A stretch of 64,000 nt of DNA from Takakia lepidozioides (Eukaryota > Plantae > Bryophyta). Shown here in pieces: positions 59,657 through 64,000 of this stretch. The notes under the pieces are model-generated. The model was not told the origin of the DNA and ran no database searches. It worked only from the letters and a program-made list of their open reading frames with translations. The position numbers and the translations under genes are program-made. Location: NCBI GenBank assembly GCA_030704615.1, contig CM060732.1:51336001-51400000 (forward strand). Reading direction: 5' to 3'. The stretch's first letter is position 1. Every line of letters begins with the position of its first letter.

Positions 59657-60610
59657 GAAGGCATTTGTCTTCTTGACTTGTTTAGCGGGATCAACACCGG
59701 ATTGGCTGCTGTGTTACAGGCAGTGTACGAGTTCAGCGTTACCTTGTATTAGAGGGATGAGACTGCACGACGCGTTTCACTTCGCCATGTTGCTCAGTTG
59801 GTGCAGCGTTCCCTGAGTTGTTGTCGGTGTCTGCAATTCGTGGATATCAGCAGGCCTTGCTAGCAGACATTTCGTTGCTGGGGGCGCAGGATTTGGAGCG
59901 GGTTGGCTCCATTGATCTGGTAGTGGCAGGTTGGCCCTGCCAGGGCATTCATCAGCCGGCATGGTAATGGATTGCGAGACTCGAGGTCGGGTCTGTTTTG
60001 GGAGATGGTGCGGGTTTTGCGCCACTTGCAGCTTCATCAAGCTGTATCTCCAGCATACATCTTGGAGAATGTGCCACTGATGGGTGATTCTCGGGCCAAG
60101 GTGATGGCCAGTGTGCATCAAGTCCGGTCATGGCGTGGGTCAGGAGTGTTGCTAGATTCAGCTACAGGGGGTCACGGGCTCATCGTCCACGGCTATGGTG
60201 GACTAACTTGATGCCACCCGCACTGCTCAAGCGTGCATTGATGGGGTGCAAGCGCCAGCACATCTCACAGTGGATAGCATTATGGACACAGGAGGCAGTC
60301 TCAGCGTGTGAGACACGATGACCGTTCGCCTTTGGCAGTGGTCAACAGGGTGGGTCAACCACGAGCAGCACTACCTACACCGCTCAGCTTCCCAGGATCG
60401 CATGCTATGTGGATAGTGGACCTGGCCTCTTGTGGGATGCTCAGTTGAAGCAGTTAGTGGAGCCTAATGCTGACGAGCGTGAGCGGGCAATGGGTTTTAC
60501 CACTGGTACCACGGCGGTGTCGTCTCTTTTCTGAGGCATCACGTCGTCAAGTGTTGGGGCAAGCAATGGATCTCAACTTCTTTGACTTGGATTATCAGCT
60601 TGGCTCTGGC
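59657..60610 (+). pseudogene. C5-cytosine DNA methyltransferase domain (DNMT3-like) within retrotransposon pol, frameshifted
   Basis: Motif I LLDLFSGINTG (59669), III ADISLL, IV IDLVVAGWPCQG (PC at 59935-59940), RSGLFWEMVR, VI ILENV (about 60065), VIII AHRPRLWWTNL (about 60178), IX PNADERERAMGFTTGTT (about 60465), X RRQVLGQAMDL (about 60542). Confidence 0.9.
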
Positions 60611-63600
60611 TGAGCAACGCCAGTGCGGAGTAACTTCCCTCGATGGTCTCTCTGCCTACTGAGACGATACAAGCAGTGAGTGGGGGCGAGCATGTGAGGA
60701 CCACGGGGTGCATTCATCCATGGCACACGTGGGAGGTGCTCGAGGTTCAGAGGGAGTTGGCAGCCAAGGCGGCTGTGATGGATCAGATGAGATTGGGGAT
60801 TCTTCTCGGGTTGAGGAGGTCCTCAAGGATGAGATGATGGGGCAGGATGAAGCCTTGTCATTGACTGAGCAGGCAGGGAGTACTGCTCAAGAGGTTGCAC
60901 ATAGCAACCACTGGACGCGTCCTCTACCTCTAAGCCCACTGGACTTAAGGTTGTAGTTACGGAGGACAATTGGGAGGCTGACATTGGACCCATTGTCACC
61001 GGAGGAGAGAGACGACGTATACGGCGGTTCCTGAGGGCTCAAGGAATGCTTTTGCTTTCAGTTTGAAGGACTTGGGAGCACTGAAGGGTCAAGAGATCCG
61101 TATTGAGTTGGCCACTAACACGCCAATCTTTCGGAGACCCTATAGATACAGTGACATGGAGAGGTCTTTGATTCAGATGAGGACTCAAGATCTCTGGGAG
61201 GCAAGTTTGGTGGAGCTCTCTGGTGGAGAGTATGCTTCAGCCACAGTGATGCCAGCCAAGAAGGATGTCTATGGCAAATGGACGGAGAGACGTACGTGCG
61301 GTGATTACCGGCCTGTAAATCGTCAGACCAAGTCCGATAAGTATGCCATGCCAACACCAGAGGAGATCTTTGATGCCATCGGGCATGCTAAGGCCTTTAG
61401 CACTTTGGATTTACGATCCGGATATCACCAGTTGCCAATCAAGGAGGCGGACAAGCAGAAGACGGCATTCTGGGGGATCAATGAGCACGGCAAGGATTGC
61501 ACGGCATTCTGGGGGATCAATGAGCACGGCAAGGATTGCGAGGCGGACAAGCAGAAGACGGCATTCTGGGGGATCAATGAGCACGGCAAGGATTGCGTGA
61601 AGTGTGCCACGGCCCACACTGCAGCTAAGCACTCTCCCTCATATGAGTTGTACGTATCCTCTGCAGCGTTGTTCGAGCGGCTAGCATAAGCCACTACAAA
61701 CGCTCTTCCCTCATCATCACCTGTGTGAGCACCGCTCCAAGCCCCAGCATGCTCCAATCCGTAATGCAGCTGAAAGGGACGCCCCCTGATAGGTCGTCAA
61801 AGATAGGCGCCGAGGTCAACCTCGCCTTGAGCTCTTGAAAAGCTCATTCCGCTCATCTCCCACTGCCACTCATGGTCCATCTTGGTCAGCTTGGTTAAGC
61901 CTTTGCAATGGTACTAAATCCCTTGACAAACCGTCTAGAATTAGTTTGCCAACCCCATGAAAGCTCGACCGGCTCACATCCGTGGGGCGTGGGATCTATG
62001 TGCAATGGCCTCTACCTTTAGTCTGCTGTACCACCAATCCTCCAGGATATTCATGTGACCCAGATACTCAATCTGGTTGTGGAAAAACTTGCACTTCCTG
62101 GAATGCAACTTCAATCCGTGCGCTCTCAAGCGCTCCAATACCACCTGAAGGTGTCTCTCAGGCTCCTCCACGTAACACTAAGATGATGATGTCATCTATG
62201 ATAGAACCGAGCAAAGTCCACCCCTGCTAGAATATATCATGACTCTCGAAACTCTGCAGGAGCATTCTTAAGCCCAAATGGTAAGAACCGCCACTGATAT
62301 CTTTACGGCAATCTTTTCACCCTTGTCACATATCACCAGCCACTCAAGTGGTTGATGGAGTCAGACAGCTTACGGGAAAGCTTGCACGGTGGGCACTCAT
62401 ACTAAAGGAGTATGACTTTCAAGTTTGCATCGACCAGGTTTGGTCAATCGGGATGCGGATGGATTGAGTCGCAATCCATGCATGAGCCAGCAGGATGACA
62501 CTGGAGCTCGGTGGCATGGTGAGTGACGTACGAGGAGCGGAGATGGTGTCGGGATGGCACGCATCTGCATTTTTTGTGTATCTTGCATCGGAGGCCAAGG
62601 TTGGACCTACAAACAGGGATGACTGTAGACGGAGTGTTGAGGACCCTGAGGCTAGTGATGAGCCAGGTGGTGCCAGAGATATACATAAGGATTCGGCTGT
62701 GTTGGACTACCTCCGCACGGGAGACACGGCAGCCACTGTGACTGCCAGGGAGAGGGATCGGATCCTGCAACGAGCCAAGAGGTTCAATTGGGAGGGGACA
62801 CCTACTTCGAGTGTGGGAGGATGGTCGGGGTGAGGATTGTGCATCACCCCACACAGCGTGCACGGTTTGTGCGGCATGCCCATGAGAGAGTTTGGGGCAT
62901 TTGGAGTGCGACACACTCACAGTTATGCAGGCGGGGCAGTATTGTGTGGCGTTGGTATGCATACAGAGTGTGCTGTTGCAACAGTTCGTGGCTAGGTGCA
63001 TGGGGTGTGACAGGGTGCGTGCTTCATTCAACCGCCTTACACCACAGTGCATCCTTACCACTCATGGGATTGGGCTACAGGTGGAGTCTTGACTTCGCAG
63101 GACCGTGGCCACTGACTATGCGCCAACACAGATATGTGTTGGGATGGTGGAGGCATTCTCCAAAGGATTGAGTTGGTTCCATGCCTGATAAGGCTAGTGA
63201 GGGTAGCTACGTATGCATTCTTGGATTGTGTGCTTAGCCGATTTGGTGGTGCTACAGCTGAAGTAGTAAGCACGGACAAGGAAGAGTTCTTGGGGGAGCT
63301 GAGGGGGGAAGGGGAGGGAGCTCAGGCTTTGTGGGAACAAGGCCTTTGATAGAAAGGGAGCTCAGGCTTTGTGGGAACAAGGCCTTTGATAGAACGCACC
63401 ATACTTTCTTCTCTTTGGCCGAGAGCCGGATTTGCCTACATCCATTCGCAGAGAAGCTGCTCAAGTCCTAAACCTTGATGATCCGGACGTGTGGGTACGT
63501 GCATGTGATCAGCGTGCAGAGTTGTTCAAGAAAGTCATGCCCATGGCTTTTGAGAACCTTGCAATTGCCCAGCACCGTGATACGTTGAGGTAGCCACTAT

Positions 63601-63864
63601 ACGTGGTGGAGGATATCGTCCTTGTTCGGAGGTTTAGCCCTGGTGACTATGTTTATTTGCAGTAGACTGCTCCTACGACTCTGGATGTTACTGCAGGGCG
63701 TGTATTCTGAGGGTTCAGAGGTGTTGCCCTCAGGAGTCCTGATCTTGGAGGGTCGGGATGGCATGACTTGGAAAGACCATGTGCGTAATTGTGCGCCATG
63801 TCACCTTCCCATTGTCGATGGCAGAGTTGACCCAAACTTGGCAGTGGTACCTGCAGGTTTGAGG

Positions 63865-64000
63865 TGCATGCTCTGTGGGTCTGCCAAAGAGGCAGCCACC
63901 ATGCTGGTGTGTGATCGATGCTCAAGGGGTTGGCATATGGGATGCTTGACACCACCTCTTGAGAAGGTTCTTGACGGAGATTGGTTTGTGTCCACACTGC
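63865..64000 (+). other. PHD finger (C4HC3) at the end of integrase
   Basis: CMLC-GSAKEAATMLV-CDRC-SRGW-HMGC-LTPPLEKVLDGDWF-(+1 nt)-CPHC. Confidence 0.88.

Larger units (their letters stand above)
53090..64000 (+). mobile_element. Gypsy-type LTR retrotransposon copy B: gag-PR-DNMT-RT-RH-INT-PHD, degenerate, runs off the window
   Basis: TGTCAAG start. Knuckles CWTCGGPH..C and CGHCGKHGH..C (about 57915-58035), protease VLLDSGAQ (about 58980), [19 protein letters not shown], RNase H VVAYASRS..EGECLAAVWAVAHF, integrase WSLDFAGP, terminal PHD finger. Confidence 0.9.

Overview
Eukaryotic land-plant nuclear DNA, probably from a non-seed plant (inferred from the DYW-PPR type and the TE lineages). 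The first 14 kb hold two host genes on the minus strand: a 15-exon P-loop kinase-like gene and an intronless PLS-DYW PPR RNA-editing gene. The remaining 50 kb is a nest of transposons, resolved by reading target-site duplications (TSDs). (1) A CRE-like LINE is split by a non-autonomous Mutator-like element (9-bp TSD). (2) A Ty3/Gypsy-type element (copy A) is interrupted by a large Mutator-like element (MULE-1). (3) MULE-1 in turn contains a full-length chromovirus, a second copy of itself (MULE-2, 9-bp TSD, partly inverted) and a second Gypsy copy (copy B). There are two main findings. First, the MULE carries a spliced accessory gene, divergent from the transposase across an array of 30-bp palindromes, encoding a ParB/Srx-like DGNHR domain plus a beta-class amino (N6A/N4C) methyltransferase-like domain. 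Second, Gypsy copy B encodes a DNMT3-like C5-cytosine methyltransferase between protease and RT, and a PHD finger after integrase. Many TE ORFs have single-base frameshifts that may be decay or assembly errors. All domain calls are by eye from motifs; no searches were run.
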